A stretch of 64,000 nucleotides of DNA, from assembly GCA_011109175.1 (NCBI GenBank), contig RDEW01000046.1, positions 139,545 through 203,544 of the forward strand. Reading direction: 5' to 3'. The notes under the pieces are model-generated. The model was not told the DNA's origin, made no database searches, and worked only from the letters and a program-made list of their open reading frames with translations. The stretch comes from Dicyema japonicum (taxonomy: Eukaryota > Animalia > Dicyemida). Position numbers and translations under genes: made by a program. This document shows, in pieces, positions 63,105-64,000 of this stretch. Each line of letters starts with the position of its first letter. The first letter of the stretch is position 1.

Positions 63105-64000
63105 CTAAATTTCTTGGTTGGAATACTGATCCATGAAAGGTTTATACTGCCGATAGTTGTCCCACATGGCTCCGACAATTTGACTGGTAACAATATCGCT
63201 AGAGTTTCTCGATATCAACTGTAAAATAAGAATCCCATCGATCAATATAAATTTGGAAGAAAATTCTCTGACTTTTTTCTTCTCAGTCGTGGAATTGAGT
63301 TTACCAGTGAGTTTCAAATGTTTTTTGATAAAGTGGTATCGATTGATTGGAAGTACAAGCGTCCAAAACCACGATAATAAATTAGAACATGTCAATGATG
63401 CTGTAATAGCCAACCAAAACCAAATAAAAATAAATATTTTTTCGTTGAACAAATTTATCGGTAGAACACACTGAACTCTATAATTATGCACTGCCACCCA
63501 GTTTTCTCACATCAAAGTCACACATTGTAATTGTCGGGAACCCTGGAGTTAGGTTTATCTGGTCTTTTCCTGACATGAGTCCTCTGATCATTCGAAATCC
63601 CATACATTCCATAACCGTTTCCCAAAAAGGTGTCGAGTAGGACAAGTTGAGTTACAGTATTTATTATATACAATATTTTGATAAAAATGTATAAAATTGA
63701 TACATATCGACCTTTCGTGAAGGAAATGAGTCTATTAGAACTGTCCTTAACAGATTTTTGGTGGTTCAAATAGTTGGCAATATATCTTGTCACGTGTTTG
63801 GCGATTTTGTCCTTTTCGTCGATTCTCAATGTAGTTTGATACATGTCAGCAGCATCAATAATATTTTGGATGGTAATCCCCGACTTTCTGTTGAGACTAC
63901 GCCAAATCATTCCTGGAATGTAAAAGAATATAGCTTGGACTAGCAAAATGAGTGGGACCCACTGGTAGTAGCTAATTTCTAGATTAGAAGTATCATCTGT
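63105..64000 (-). CDS. Innexin (gap-junction protein), 5' end outside window
   Basis: YYQWVP, FFYIP..IWR, FPTITMCDF, HNYRVQCVLPINLFNEKIFIFIWFW. Two 1-nt frameshifts in G-runs (~63600, ~63498). Confidence 0.93.

Noticed and set aside
2224-63943. Numerous antisense or alternative-frame ORFs in the supplied track (e.g. 7950-8342, 13239-13505, 31636-32109, 50292-50675)
   Set aside because: They are shadows of GC-richer RT or gene coding sequence on the opposite strand or frame, with no independent motifs.

Overview
Eukaryotic, AT-rich metazoan genomic DNA in the standard genetic code, with no bacterial features. Host genes sit in compact islands and carry ultra-short GT-AG introns (about 21-27 nt): an SLC17-family transporter (5'-partial), UBR5/EDD, tRNA-Leu(UAA), a divergent LC8 dynein light chain, DUS3L, ARHGAP39/Vilse and an innexin (5'-partial). 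Micro-introns plus a spiralian-looking innexin suggest a dicyemid mesozoan or similar reduced parasite; this is inference. Roughly two thirds of the window is nested transposon DNA: RTE, Jockey/CR1-like, CRE-clade (PHD-RT-RLE) and R4/Dong-like non-LTR elements, plus MULE, hAT, pogo and Ginger remnants. Several have target-site duplications (TSDs) readable from the sequence. Best leads: (1) CRE elements carrying an N-terminal PHD finger; (2) a conserved, covarying 3'-terminal stem plus TAATTAGTT signal shared by divergent LINEs and a candidate SINE; (3) two hAT elements inserted into the same CAATTTGTGTAATCAY motif; (4) R4-like elements resembling microsporidian ones; (5) a LINE 3' end abutting a TTAGGG-like tract. 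Scattered 1-nt indels in conserved genes and an N at 4326 suggest consensus errors, so frameshifts should be read cautiously. Boundaries of degenerate elements are approximate.
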